A DNA stretch of 64,000 bases from Mantamonas sphyraenae STR306 (lineage: Eukaryota > Protista > CRuMs), in assembly GCA_026936335.1 (NCBI GenBank), contig JAPMXV010000069.1:62001-126000 (forward strand). Direction: 5' to 3'. Every line of letters begins with the position of its first letter. Positions within the stretch are counted from its first letter, which is position 1. Below the pieces are notes generated by a model. The model did no database searches and had not been told where the DNA came from. It saw nothing but the letters and a program-made list of their open reading frames with translations. Shown piece by piece: positions 24,127 through 36,768 of the stretch. The translations under genes were made by a program, and so were the position numbers.

Positions 24127-25760
24127 ATGACCTCCACAGCCCTCCTTCAGTCTATTTGGCATCCTGATGAGCTCGTTGCTCTGGTGCAGGTACGTCCCCT
24201 GCCTGTGCCCACACATCCCCCATCCCCATCACACCTCACTCACACACACACTTTCTTTCCTCACACACTCACACACACGCTTACACTCACTCACACAACA
24301 CAGGCAAAGCTGTACTACAAGGTGCCCGAACTGACCCACCCCAACGAGAACTGGGAGTTCTGCTACGAGAAGCTCAACCAGGTGTGTTGGCCCTCCTCGC
24401 TCGCCGCCCACCGCCCGCGTGAATGTTCCCTTGGCACTTACACCCTCGCAGGTCAGCCGTAGCTTTGCCCCCGTGATCCAGGAACTTGACGATGAGCTGC
24501 GTGACCCCGTACGTGCACCCATGCAGCGTGTTTGCCTGGCCCTTCCCGCCTACCAAGCTGACCCCACCCGAAAATGCTTTCCATCTTTGGCTCTTTTTCG
24601 GCCCCACCAGATGTGCATCTTTTACCTCGTGCTGCGCGGCCTGGACACTGTCGGTGAGTGAACACAATGGGTGGGACATGTGCGCAGATGGATGCCACAC
24701 GCGTGGGGTATACCACAATCACATGGCATTGGCTTGGGCTTGGCTGCTGACACAAAACGTGGGGTGGTGGGGCAGAGGACGACATGGAGTACGAGGATGT
24801 GCCCCAGAAGCTTGAGTGGCTGCGCAACTTCCACCAGTTCCTTTACCAGCCCGACTGGACGCTGGACAAGATGGGATACGAACATGAGAAGGAACTGCTG
24901 ATCCACTTTGACAAGGTGACCCAATGCTTCCGTGAACTGAAGGCGGAGTACCGCGACGTGATTGAAGACATCACCAAGCGCATGGGTGCGGGCATGGCTG
25001 AATTCCAGGAACGGGACGTGGTCACCAAGCAAGACTACGACCTGTACTGTCACTACGTGGCCGGTCTCGTGGGCATCGGTTGCTCCAAGCTCTTCTACTG
25101 CTCGGGACTCGAGGGCGAGTTCTACGCCGACGCCGACGACATCAGCAACGGCATGGGACTGTTCCTCCAAAAGACCAACATCATCCGTGACTACCTGGAG
25201 GATCTGAACGACAAGCGCACCTTCTGGCCTCAGGAGGTGTGGTCCATCTACGCCGAGGATCTTGCCGACCTGGCACAACCCAAACACTCCCAGGCTGCGC
25301 TGGACACGCTGAACCACCTCATCACAGACGCCCTCCAGCACATCCCCGACTGTATCGAGTACCTTTCCCACCTCACCAACCAGCAGGTGTTCAACTTTTG
25401 CGCCATCCCCCAGGTCATGGCCATTGCCACCCTTGCCACCTGCTACAACAACCACGGCGTCTTTACCGGCGTCGTCAAGATCCGCAAGGGCGAGGCCTGC
25501 AAGATGATCATGGGAGTGCGTGACATCTACGATGTGTGCGCGGTGTTTGCCCAGTACGGTGCCGTTCTCCAGGCAAAGATCCCTGCCAAGGACCCCAACG
25601 CCACTGTGGCCCAGAAGCGCATGAAGGAAGCCATGGAGCTCATCGAACCCATCATGGCCCAGAATCCAAAGGCAGGCGGTCTCGATTGGACCGATTGGGT
25701 GGCTGCAACCACGCTCCTTGCATCCGGGGGCTATCTCGTTTCCAAGCACCTTGCCAAGGT

Positions 25761-25764
<4 letters not shown>
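24127..25764 (+). CDS. FDFT1: Squalene synthase; introns 24190-24303, 24382-24451, 24509-24610, 24654-24775
   Basis: VSRSFAPVI, FYLVLRGLDTVEDDM, YCHYVAGLVGIG, MGLFLQKTNIIRDYLED, FCAIPQVMAIATL, C-terminal TM anchor. Confidence 0.97.
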
Positions 25765-25800
<36 letters not shown>

Positions 25801-25838
25801 CACCATACCACAAACACACACACACACACACACACACA
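25765..25838. repeat. (CA)n microsatellite pair in the FDFT1-TatD spacer
   Basis: Two CA runs directly after the TAA stop. Similar (CA/TG)n runs occur in many introns (e.g. 6679-6701, 8188-8213, 21855-21877, 30003-30024, 42640-42675, 63219-63243). Confidence 0.95.
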
Positions 25839-25928
25839 ACATGCTGGATGTGGGTGTGCGAGTTTTGTCATCGCCATCCTCCACTGGACCAGCGCAAAAG
25901 GAAAAACAAAAGACAATTCCCCCCACAC

Positions 25929-26939
25929 ATGAGTTCCAGCTCTAGATTACGTCTCATTGACATCGGGGCCAACCTGACAGACCCCAAGTTTGCAGGGGTG
26001 TACAACGGGAGCAGCAAACATCCTGCCGACTTGCAACACGTGCTGGCAAGGGCATGGGAGGTGGGTATGGAACGCATCATGGTCACGTCGGGCTGCATTG
26101 GTGACGTGTACGACGCATTGGACATTGTCAAGGAGGACAGCAGGCTGGTGACCACAGTGGGTGTCCATCCAACACGGGCAGGCGAGTTTGAGTTTGGCAC
26201 GCAGCTGGAGGGCAAAGGCGAACAGGACGCAGACACGGCTGCGCAATGGCAACGTTACGTGGACTTGGGACTGGATGGACAGCCAGACACGTACCTGGCA
26301 CATCTGCAGAAGCTGGTGGAGGACAACCGGGAGCAGGTGGTGGCTGTGGGCGAATGTGGCCTGGACTACGACCGCCTGCACTTCTGCGACAAGGACACAC
26401 AGCAAAAGTACTTTGAATTGCAATTCGACCTGGCAGAAAACACCCAATTGCCCATGTTTCTGCACATGCGAGCTGCCTGCGACGACTTTCTGACGATCCT
26501 CAACCGCAATCGCCACCGCTTCACGGGCGGCGTGGTGCACAGCTTTGACGGCAGCCTCAGCGAGGCCAACGCCCTGTTGGATGCATTCGACGCCGACCAA
26601 CTGTACATTGGACTCAACGGCTGCTCCCTGCGCACGCAGGAGTCCCTCGACGTCGTTGCCAAGCTGCCTCTCGAGCGACTGATGATTGAGACCGATGCGC
26701 CATGGTGTGGAATCAAGAACACGCATCCGTCCAAGGCCCACGTGACCACCGAGTTTCCCACCGTCAACAAGGAAAAGAAGTGGAAGGAGGACCACTGTGT
26801 CAAGAACCGCAGCGAACCCTGCCACATTGTCCAGGTACTTGAGGTTGTTGCTGCCCTCAAGGACATGGATGTGGCCGAGGTTGCAGACACTCTATTTGAC
26901 AACACCCAACGCCTGTTCTTCCCATCGTCATCCCAGTGA
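25929..26939 (+). CDS. TATDN1: TatD family DNase
   Basis: IDIGANLTD, TVGVHPTR, VGECGLDYDRLHFC, LPMFLHMR, GVVHSFDG, LMIETDAPWC. Confidence 0.96.
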   Translation: MSSSSRLRLIDIGANLTDPKFAGVYNGSSKHPADLQHVLARAWEVGMERIMVTSGCIGDVYDALDIVKEDSRLVTTVGVHPTRAGEFEFGTQLEGKGEQDADTAAQWQRYVDLGLDGQPDTYLAHLQKLVEDNREQVVAVGECGLDYDRLHFCDKDTQQKYFELQFDLAENTQLPMFLHMRAACDDFLTILNRNRHRFTGGVVHSFDGSLSEANALLDAFDADQLYIGLNGCSLRTQESLDVVAKLPLERLMIETDAPWCGIKNTHPSKAHVTTEFPTVNKEKKWKEDHCVKNRSEPCHIVQVLEVVAALKDMDVAEVADTLFDNTQRLFFPSSSQ

Positions 26940-26973
26940 ACAAAGCATGGCAGCACGACTCAAGAAAAGTTGT

Positions 26974-29387
26974 TCATTCATTTGCTTCCTCGCGTCGCTT
27001 CTGCGCAGCCACGCGTGCCTTGCTGTTGTGCACGTGCATCTTCTTCTTGTTGAGCTTGCGGCGGTCGAACTTGGTCATTGCGTGCTTGTCGATGTCATCG
27101 CGTTTGATGGGCTTCTTGGCAATCCGTTTGCGCACGTCCTTCCTGCCCTTCTTCAGCGTCAGCATGTAATCGGGCACCTCGCTGCCGCTGTTCTTGAGCA
27201 CATTGGCCACCGAGCGCAGCATGTGTTTATCATCCTCCGTCCACAGCGTGTACGCGTACCCCTTGCGTCCCCCACGGCCTGTGCGTCCCACACGATGGAT
27301 GTACGACACTGTGGTCTGCGGAAAGTCATAGTTGATGACACACCCCACGCCCTTAAAGTCGATACCGCGTGCCATGAGATCTGTGGCAATCAAAACCCAG
27401 ATTTTGCCTTCGCGAAACTTGTCCACCACATTCTTCCTCTCTGCCGCGCTCCTGTCCGCGTGGATCACGTCCACGTTCACGCCGTCGTAGATCAACTCGC
27501 GGAACAGCGCACGTGCACGCTCCTTGCTCTGTACAAACACAAGCACGGGCGGCTTGAGCCCCTTGTGCAGCAACTGCCGCATGGCAAGCAGTTTCCCGTC
27601 CTCACGACCCACAAAGATCAGCTCCTGGTGGATGTCACTTGTGGCGGCGTTCTTCATGCCCACTGTCACTGCCACCGGATCGTCCAGCACAGACCGTGCC
27701 AACTCTTCGATCCCCTGCATCATGGTTGCGCTGAACATGCTCTTGCGCAGCTTCGGGTTGCTGCACGCCGCAAACACAGGGTCGATCTGAACACCGTGTG
27801 TGTGGATGTGTGGATGTCAACCCATTGGATGTCAGTGGACACACCCCACACCCAGACAAACTCAAAGCACAATACAACACGGCTTCCTTTCCATGCAGAC
27901 AGACTCAGTTGTGCGCTTGTCTGAGACGCTATAAACAAGGGTATCGGCATCTGATTATTCTAAGACGAACGAGACTGTTATCCTTTCCTCATCGTCTGTC
28001 TGCATGGCTGTTGCACCGGCAAGAGATGCCTCTTCTCTTCTCCCTCTCTCTGTGCTCCAACACACTTACCTGTTCCAGGAAGCCCAGCTCAAACAGCTTG
28101 TCTGCCTCGTCCAGCACAAGGTGAGTGACGGTGCTGAGATCCACGGTGCGCTCCTCCACGAGCTTCATGAGCCGCATGGGGGTGCACACAAGGATGTCGT
28201 ACCTGTGCACCGCCTTTTCATCCTGCATCTGCTGTCCCGTCTTCTTGGTCAACACAGCCACCTTGAAAGGCTTGCCCTTGGCCAGTCGCTTCACCTCTCT
28301 GTGAATCTGGTTGGCCAGTTCCTTGGTCGGCGCCACAATCACCGCGCGAATCCCGGCCTTGGTGCTCGGTGCCTTCAGCGCCATCAGCAGTGGCAACACA
28401 AACGCAACTGTCTTGCCCGAGCCTGTGGGTGCACACCCAAGCACCTCCCTCCCTTCCATCATCAGAGGCACCACCTGCATCTGGATAGGCGTCGGCGCGC
28501 TGTATCCAGCGGCAAGCAGATTCCGTCCCAGGTACGCACGCATGTTGTACCGCTCTGACAGCTCCTCAAACGTACGCACAGGCTCTGGCACGTCGCCCCC
28601 CTCCACCTTGATCCGTTTGGCGTTCATCAGTGTGCGCACCTCCGTCTCATGTCTCGCCTCGTTCGCCTCGTCGTCCTCGGAAGCATCGTCGTCCGCAGAT
28701 CCTGATGTGTCGTCGTCGCTCGATCCGTCGTCCTCCTCCTCCTCGCTGCTGTCTCCGTCCTCCTCCTCCTCCTCCTCCTCCACATCCTTGCCTCGGCGTC
28801 CTTTGGCCTTCTTCCCGGACTTTTTAGCCCGCCCTGTGCCAAACACGCTGTCTGCGTCCAAATCTGTGCAGGCGTGCATGTGAGTCTCAGCCACCTCACT
28901 CACCTCACCCCACCCCACACTTACAATGATCATTCTCCTCCTGTGCGTCGCTGTCTGCACCCTCCTCCTCCTCCTCTCTTGCCTTTCTGCCCTTTTTGGT
29001 CTTGTTGCCCTTGCCCTTCTTCTTGGCGCCGCTGCTGCTGGATGAGGCTCTTGCACGCTTGGCCGCCTCCAGCTCCTGCTCTTGCTCCTCCTCCTCGGCC
29101 TCTTCGGCCTCCATTCGCTTTCGCTTTCGCTTGGCTCGCTCCTCCTTGCGTGCCTGCTTGCTCTTGGGCGTGCGTGCATGGGACCCCTTGTCCGCTGCCT
29201 GCTTGCGGGCCTCCTTCAGCGTGGCAAAAAAGTCCGCCGACCCAGGCAGGCCTTGGCCCTTGCGTTTGCTTCGGATGGTCTCCTCCACACTTTTGCCCTC
29301 TTCAAACAGGGCCATTTCCTGTGCATGTTTCCTCCGATTGAACGAAACCCCGGCCCGCAGCCGTTCAAACGCATCCCCCGTGTCCAT
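26974..29387 (-). CDS. DDX52: DEAD-box RNA helicase DDX52/ROK1; introns 28864-28924, 27787-28069
   Basis: PTPIQMQ, APTGSGKT, DEADKLFE, MFSAT, PPVLVFVQSKERA, WVLIATDLMARGIDFKGV, YIHRVGRTGR. Confidence 0.95.
27900..27998 (-). ncRNA. Intronic box C/D snoRNA, probable double guide for 18S rRNA
   Basis: Perfect 14-bp inverted repeat (27891-27904/27994-28007) flanks a C-like box ATGAGGA (27992-27986) and D box CTGA (27908-27905). Internal GTCTCGTTCGT is complementary to conserved 18S ACGAACGAGAC. Confidence 0.8.
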
Positions 29388-29644
29388 TTCGCTGCCTCGC
29401 CGTGCGGAGGAATCAACGACCCAGCAATGTAGGGAGGGGGGAAGGGGAAGGGGAGAGAGAGAGACGGAGAGAAGGAGAGGGAAGGACGTTGCATGTTGTT
29501 GCTTCCCCATCGTTCCATCTGTTCCCCCCCCCGAATGCCACCAACGGAAGCTGAACTGCACCTGACCAACCCCCACCCCCCCCCTCTCCACGTCCGTCCC
29601 GAGCGTCGAGAGACTGCGGAACATCAACGAGCACCACCTTCACC

Positions 29645-32018
29645 ATGTCGCTGTCCTACTCCATGGTCAAGGACCGCAGCGATGGGGCGTGTGCACACAT
29701 CTTTTCGCACTCGCAACTTGACTTTGGGTACAAGGAGGAAGTGCCCACGTTCTTTGTGGTCGTGGGTGCCACACCCCTCCTCTTCCTCGTCCTCTTGCTG
29801 GTCAAGCTGTACAAAACGTTCAACGAAGCCCTCCAGGGCAATCTGGATCACAAGAAGCTCCTGCTGCCCATCTTTTTCAAGTTCATCCAATACGTCACCT
29901 TTCTCTACGCCACCGTCTACCTCGTCACCATCCTCGTTTCCTCTGCTGCCGTCTGGCCGCAGGCAATTGCCGAGTTTTTCATGGTTCGTTGCTGCTCCTT
30001 TTGTGTGTGTGTGTGTGTGTGTGTGCCTCCCTGAGCCGTCTTCCTTAGGCGCCATTCTCCTTCCCCTCTTCACCATCCCTAGCTCACAGTCGCCCCCCTT
30101 GGTTCCTCCTTGTGTCCACATCCTCTTTCTGCCCCGGTGGCTCGTCACTTTTGGCACACCCCACACACCAACACTCACAGACGCAAGCCACTCTGCTTGT
30201 GCCCATGTTTATCCTGCACAACTCGCTGGCGATGCGCGCTCGAATCCGTTCCACTGTCCTTTCCGTCATTGTCAGCGCGGTAATCAGCACGGTACACGTA
30301 AGTGGAGGCGTGGCCCTTGTGGCGAATGGTTCCTCCCGTCCGTCTGCGTTCCCACACAGCCGTGTCTTTGCATGTGTGTGTGTGTGTGTGTGCTGACACT
30401 GGTGTGTTTCTTGGCTGGGCCGCAGCTCATCATCCACCTGCAGCTGGAAGAACAGCAGCTGTACTGGGTCATTGGATCAGCAGTGCAATGTTTCTTCTTT
30501 GCAGCGATTCTGGTGGCATCGCAGGTAGATGTGTGCCGTTCGAGGTTGCAGGTGCGTGTGTCGCTGGTGGTGTACGCGTGGTTGATGTTCCTGGTGAACC
30601 TGATGCGAGCCACCAACTTCCTGCTGATCTACGTGCACGCGTACGACACGGCGCTGTGCACCATGGCCTGCTTCTTTGTGCTCAACTACACCTTTTACGT
30701 GCCCGTGCTCTACTACACCCTGGTGCAGGAAAGCAAACACTGGCGCTCCATGGGCTGGACCAACGAGGACGAACACGGCATGAACACGCCCCTGGTGGAC
30801 GCCTTTGACAACCAGGGCGACCAATGGTCCATTGCCATGGACGACATCATGCTCTCCCTCAACCCGGATCGCGACAAGATCGGGTCCGGTGGGTTTGGCG
30901 AGGTGTTTCGTGCCCGGTGGAAAGGTGTCACCGTGGCGGTGAAGAAGAGCTTTGTGCAGCCTCACATGCAGACCCAACTCATGGAGGAGTTTGAGGTGGA
31001 GACAGAGTTGATGAAACGTCTGCGTCATCCCAACATTGTGGCGTGCTTTGGCGCGTGTATGCAAGCGCCGCATTTGCTCCTTGTGATGGAGTACATGGAA
31101 CGTGGCTCGCTGTTTGACGTGCTTCACAACAGCAACGTGGACCTGGACCCTGCGTTGAAGTTGCGCATGGCCACCGACGTCGCCAGGGGCATGTTTTACC
31201 TGCACACACACGAGCCACCCATCATCCACCGCGATCTCAAGTCGCCCAACCTGCTCGTCGACACAAACTTCAATGTCAAGGTGGGCGACTTTGGCATGGC
31301 CAAGATGTTCAGCAACACCGACGCCATGACCATGACGTACTGTGGCACCCCTGCCTGGACTGCTCCAGAAGCACACCGAGACGCACATTTTACCGTCAAA
31401 GCGGACGTGTACAGCTTTGGCATCACGCTTTGGGAGCTCCTCATGCGCAAGGTGCCCTTTGAAAACATGCCGGCCAACACAATCATCATCAAGGTCGCCA
31501 ATGGAGGCGCCCGCCCTCCGCTCCCAGCCTGGGTACACCCCAAGTTGCGCTCCCTCATCGAGGACTGCTGGCACGAGGAGCACAAACGCAGACCTTCCTT
31601 TCACGACATCCTCAACTTTCTCGAGAGCGAACAGACGGCACGCGACAACATCTTTGCCCCGGTGGCAGAGTCGTCGTCGTCGTCGTCATCCTCCGTGGGC
31701 AAAGGCACAGGCGCGGGCGCAAGCGCGGGTACAGGCTCACTTGCGTCTGTGCGGGGTAACAACGAACAGCAGCGTGGAATGGGAGGCGAGTCAAAGAGGT
31801 ATGGCAAGAAAACAGCCAAGGGGGTGGACAAGTCGATGACCCAATCGCTGCTCTACACTTCATTTGCAGACGAGGAGGACGAAGAGAATCCATTTGCCAG
31901 GGATGCCAGCCTGCCCAGTTCCAGGCGCAAGAGCTCGGTGGTGGTGGATCTGGCTGACGACAGCGATGAAGAGGACGGGAGCGGCGAGAACGACCCTTTC
32001 TCCTTTACAGACAAGTGA
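29645..32018 (+). CDS. Multi-pass (7TM-like) receptor fused to a tyrosine kinase-like (TKL) kinase; introns 29984-30180, 30298-30425; true start uncertain
   Basis: About 7 hydrophobic segments ending YVPVLYYTL..ES..W, then IGSGGFGEV, VAVK, IIHRDLKSPNLL, DFG, GTPAWTAPE. Confidence 0.85.
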
Positions 32019-32076
32019 ATGAGTGATTGTGAATGCGCACGACAGTAAAACTTGTCCAACTGTTCCATTGTCGTTG

Positions 32077-33324
32077 TCATAGCGGGCTCATGTCGTCCTG
32101 AGGCACAAAGAGCTCGGGAGGGATGTTGGCGAGCACCCGCCAATCCGCTGGCAGGCTGTACACGGCGTCTGTGAGGCCACACCAAAACTGGTGAGCATTG
32201 GCACGTGAGGAGCCGAGGTCGTAGGGGCTGTTGTCGAGGACATGGCGAGCAAAGGGCAGTTTGTAGCCACGCATGGATTCGTAGGTGGTTTGGTTGCGCA
32301 GCAGAAAGGTGATGTGCATGCGCAGCAATAAATAGACAAAGTAGGCGGCAGGAATGGCCAGGAAGAGTACAGTGAGGCTGGCAAACACATAGGCGTATGT
32401 GGCTTCGGTGAGGTAGGCAAAACCCACAATGCTCTGCATCGTCGCGTACAATGTGGTGGCAAACTCAAAGACAAGGTAGAGCACAAAGAGAGGGTGGTTG
32501 CGTTGACCCACGCAGTTGACAGCCCATGCGCAGTGCTGCATGTCCAGCAAGGCAGAGTGTGTGAGTGTGAGCCTGAGTGCAACGACCAACAAACGTCTGG
32601 AAACGGCAACAACGAAGCACCCACACAAGCACGACACACATCATACATACGTGGTCAAAGCGCCGCACGCAACGGTTGCACGTGTGGCAGTGTTTGGTGC
32701 GCAGCAGTTTCATATGGCTGCAATACTGGCAAACGCCGGCGAGTTGGATGCGTTTTGGATCGAGCACCAGGTCAGGAGTTGCAGAGCTGTGCAGGAGTGG
32801 ACCTTGCGCTGTGGATGGGAGCAGCAGCAGCGGGCGTGAGCCAAGGAAACCACATGCATGGATTCGTGTGTGAGTCCCACACAGCCACCAGCGCAGCAGC
32901 ACGCTCACTCACTTGTGTACCCGGGGTCACTCAAGGTCAAAGCAGTGTACAAGAGCATGGCAGTGCCCGCGACTGCCCACAGGGCAATTGTGGCACCCAA
33001 TGAATACTGTGCAGGCGCTGTGTGGCCGTGCAGATAGGCAAAGAAGGCCAAGGCGACGTGTGTGTGCGGGTGGATGTGCAGCAACAGCAAACAGGCCACA
33101 TGAGCACCCAGGACGCCACCACGCACAAACACAATCCACCACATTGTATACTCTGTCTTCCACTCGCCTCGTGGTGCAGGCGTGTTCCCACCCGGTGTCG
33201 TCTGCCCCGGCGTAGCAGCCGTTGCGCCAACGGTGCTGCCACCCGGTGCCACACTGTTCATTTTCCCCTTGCGTTTCAACATGAACGACGGCATCCCGCC
33301 ACCCAGGAACGCTTCTTCGTCCAT
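32077..33324 (-). CDS. DHHC palmitoyl acyltransferase; introns 32809-32912, 32536-32650
   Basis: DPG motif, RTKHCHTCNRCVRRFDH/HCAWAVNCVGQRNH across the splice junction, NQTTYE motif, four TMs. Confidence 0.93.
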
Positions 33325-33424
33325 CCTGTGTGAGTCGTCGTTGCGCACGTGGATGCACGAGCACGCAGGGGAAGTGTGTTTTTGCCTTGGCCGTGCGGCC
33401 GCGCGCCAAATCCAATCTCGAGAC

Positions 33425-36400
33425 ATGGTATGATGCACCACCACCGACACGATGGTCGACCACAACCGCGCCGTTGTTCCCCGTCACACACGCCATGCAA
33501 GCTTCCATCCGTGCCTGCACCGTCCCCAAAAGGATTCCTGACACGGGCCCAACTTCGCTCACCCCCGCACTCGCCTCCTACCCACACCAACCTGACACTG
33601 GACCGCACCACACGTCACAGTTTGCGTCTCCGTTTGCGCTGGAGGACAGGCAGCGGCGGAAACGTGCGCAGCGTCGCAAGGAGGAGGCACAGAAGCGGAA
33701 GCAGAAATCGTACCGGAAGGAGGTGGCAGAGAAGGAACAGCAGGAGTACGAGGCGCGGATGAAGCTGCGGGACAAGGGATTGTCACAAGAGGAGGTGGAG
33801 AAGGAGACGGCACGCATTGAAAGGGAACGGAGTGCAGATGGGGAGTTGCTAGAGGGCCGCAGGTGGTATGTGGCAAAGAAGCCGTTGTCGCCTGGCTCGA
33901 ATCCGTTCAAGAAGAAGTACGAGCAGGTGTCGTCGAGCGGCTACGGTTACCAGGCGGGCACACCAGTGCGCAAGAGTGCGCTCAAGGGAGGCAGTGGCAA
34001 CGGCAGGCCTGTGCAGCAACGCATCAGTGTCAACCACAAGGTGCAGTTTTCGCCAGGCACGCGCGGCTCACCATCGCTCAACCGCTCCGCACGCGACGAC
34101 TCGCTCCTCCTCAGCGACACCTCTTTCTTTTCCGACGTGAGCACACCCTCTCCCAACAACCGCAATGCCCAAAGCCAGGCGTCGGGAAGCAGTAGCAGCA
34201 GCAGCAGCAGCAGCGCCAGGAAAACCAGCGGCAACAGCAACACAGAGGAGGGAAGTGAAGAGTCTGGACGGGCTCTGGCCAAGAAACTAGGCAGTGCTGC
34301 GGCACGGTTAAAGAGTTCCGACATGGGATCGAACAATCTGTTCTGGCTGAACGACGCAGCGGGCAATCGCGGCTCGCGAGGGAACCAGATGTCCGAACAC
34401 GAGAGCGCGCGGATGTCATCGCGCGAGAAACTGAAGCAGCAGAGCAAGGGTGCCAAGAGGTTACTGGTGAGCGGACCACGTTCGAGTCACAAACGCGATT
34501 TGATGCGAGCAGAGGAGGCGGTGGAACAATTTCGCGCCAGTGGCAGCGACAAGTTGGAGGTCAGCTTTGAGATGGTGGAACTGGATGAGACACTGAGCAA
34601 ACTCATCGATGCACGCGACTGGGGCACCATGGTGGTGGTCTTTCAGCAGAACAGCAACGGTGCAAGCTTTGAGTACTTTGAACGCGGCCAAACAGAACTC
34701 AACTACCTGGAGGCACCACAGTACGCACGCACCGTGATGTTCGAGTCCAGCCCGCAACATCAACTGCTCAAGTTCACTGTGTTTATGGCGGCGTCGGAGC
34801 AGAACTTCCTGGACCAAGACATGACGTTGGTGGGCGACGCACGCACGACGGTGGACGAGATGATGGAGCACGGCATGGAGCGTGTGGAGTTGCCTCTGAT
34901 CGGCGAGAACCAAAAGCAAATCGGAGTGTTGGGTGTGACGCCGTGTATGGCGCCGTCTGTGATGCACTACCAATTCCGCGCCCTCAACGTGCCTCTGCGT
35001 GTGGCCTACCAGGCGGGAGAGGCATACTACGAGCTGCCGGACATCTACTTGACGGTGGGACGGTTTGAGGAGGAACTGTTCCACGGCAAGCTCAAAGGCA
35101 AGACCGACGAGCATCGCACGCTGCTCAAGACATCGCAGGCATTCAGGGCTGTGTACGAAACACGCGTGGATCACAACTCGACCAATCCGATTTGGGAGTC
35201 CATCTTTGTGTCGCTGCAACGTCTGTGCGAAAAGGATTGGGAGAGGCTGCTGCTGTTCCAGCTGATGGACAACAATACGCGCGAGCCGATGGGTGCGTTC
35301 ATCACGTGTGCTCGAGACATAGTGCAGGGCCACTCGTTTCCCGTGCAGAACATCCTGACGGGCGAGCCCATTGAAGGGGAGAAAGGGCCGTGTACGGTGA
35401 ATGTGATTGTGTCGAGCAAGATCCGCCTCAAGGCAGAGGACCACTCCACGCTGTTTCCGGGTCACGGGTGGCTGGCACACGTGTACGAACATCTGCAGGG
35501 CGACGACGAGGATCAGATGGTGGAGGACTTGCGCACGGTGACGCACCACTGTGCGGAAAACGACACCACGCGCGAGGCAGCACGACACTACGACGTCATT
35601 CCGGGAGTGTTTGGGGCGTTGACAAGCAACCGCAGCACACGTGTACAGACAGAGGCGGCGCGGTGTTTGAAGAACCTAGCGTGCAACGAGCAAGTGAGGG
35701 AAGATCTGCGACGGTTTTCGGGGATGCCATCGTTGCTATCGATGCTGTCGCCGCTGGTGACGGACAGTGCCACGCAGACTCAGGTGTTGGAGGCCATCAG
35801 CAACTTTGTGTACCGGAATCCGCGCAACCGGACGTCTGTGCGGGAGCTGGGGGGCCTGCCGAGTGTGCTTGCGCTGTGCATCTCGCGCAACGAGGAGCTG
35901 AGTGCAGCGGCGCTGAAGCTGCTGGCCGGGCTCACGTTTCGCAACTGGAAGAACAGTTTGGAGTTGGGCACAACGTTGGACTGTGTGCCCAGCATTGTGG
36001 AACTGCTGGACTCGGAGGATGACACAGTGGCAGGCAACGCGGCGTGGGCCCTGGCAAACATGGTGTACGACAACAACCACAATACGGACAAGGTGGTGAA
36101 CCACGCGGGAGTGGCGCGGTTGTGTCAGCTGTTGGACAGGGACAACGCACGCACGGTGGAGCTCGCCTGCTACGCGTTGGGCCAGATGGCAGGCAATGCC
36201 GAGGCCAAAGATGATGTCTGCTACGCAAAGGGAATCACACGCCTCATGAAGCTGGTGGAAACCAAGCAAGAGTGGCCCGAGGTGCAGTTGAGCGCTCTGG
36301 TTGCGGTCAAGAATCTGATCAACCGGCACTTTGAGAACAAGAACCAGCTTGTGTTTCGCACCCCGGGCGCGCTCAGCCTGCTTGTGGGACTCCTCGACGT

Positions 36401-36662
36401 GGTGCACATCAAGCAAGCCAACGAAGCTCGCCTTGTGCTTCGTTCCGTGGTTGTGGACGAGCGCAATCTGCACAAACTCCAACGCGAATGCGGCGAAGAC
36501 GTTCTGTCCAAGCTGGTCATCGAAGCCGAAGAGGAGCAAAAGGTGGCTATGGCCTCCTCAGCATCCATGAGCGGTGGTGCTGGTGGTACAACAGGACACG
36601 ACGATGACGATGACGATGATGATGATGATGGGGATGGGGATGGGGATGGAGGGGATGAGTGA
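33425..36662 (+). CDS. Protein with two copine-type C2 domains and C-terminal armadillo repeats; first coding exon is ATG only (intron 33428-33620)
   Basis: ATG|gtatga...cctgacac...cacag|TTT. Copine-like C2A/C2B (YETRV..NSTNPIWESIFVSLQRLC..DWER.L.FQLMD). ARM repeats (AARCLKNLA, AAWALANM, ACYALGQMA). Confidence 0.75.
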
Positions 36663-36768
36663 AAAAGGCCAAGTTCATTCGTCTCCGCAGATTTCCTCTG
36701 ACGGTTCGAACGAGAGCGTCGTTGTCTGTGGTGTGTGGTGTGGTGTGTGTGTGTGTGTGTGCCTGTTC

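Noticed and set aside
22149-24130. Poly-Met/Arg, poly-Ser and poly-His ORFs over the SRP40 tract
   Set aside because: Alternative frames of GAT/GAG triplet repeats.
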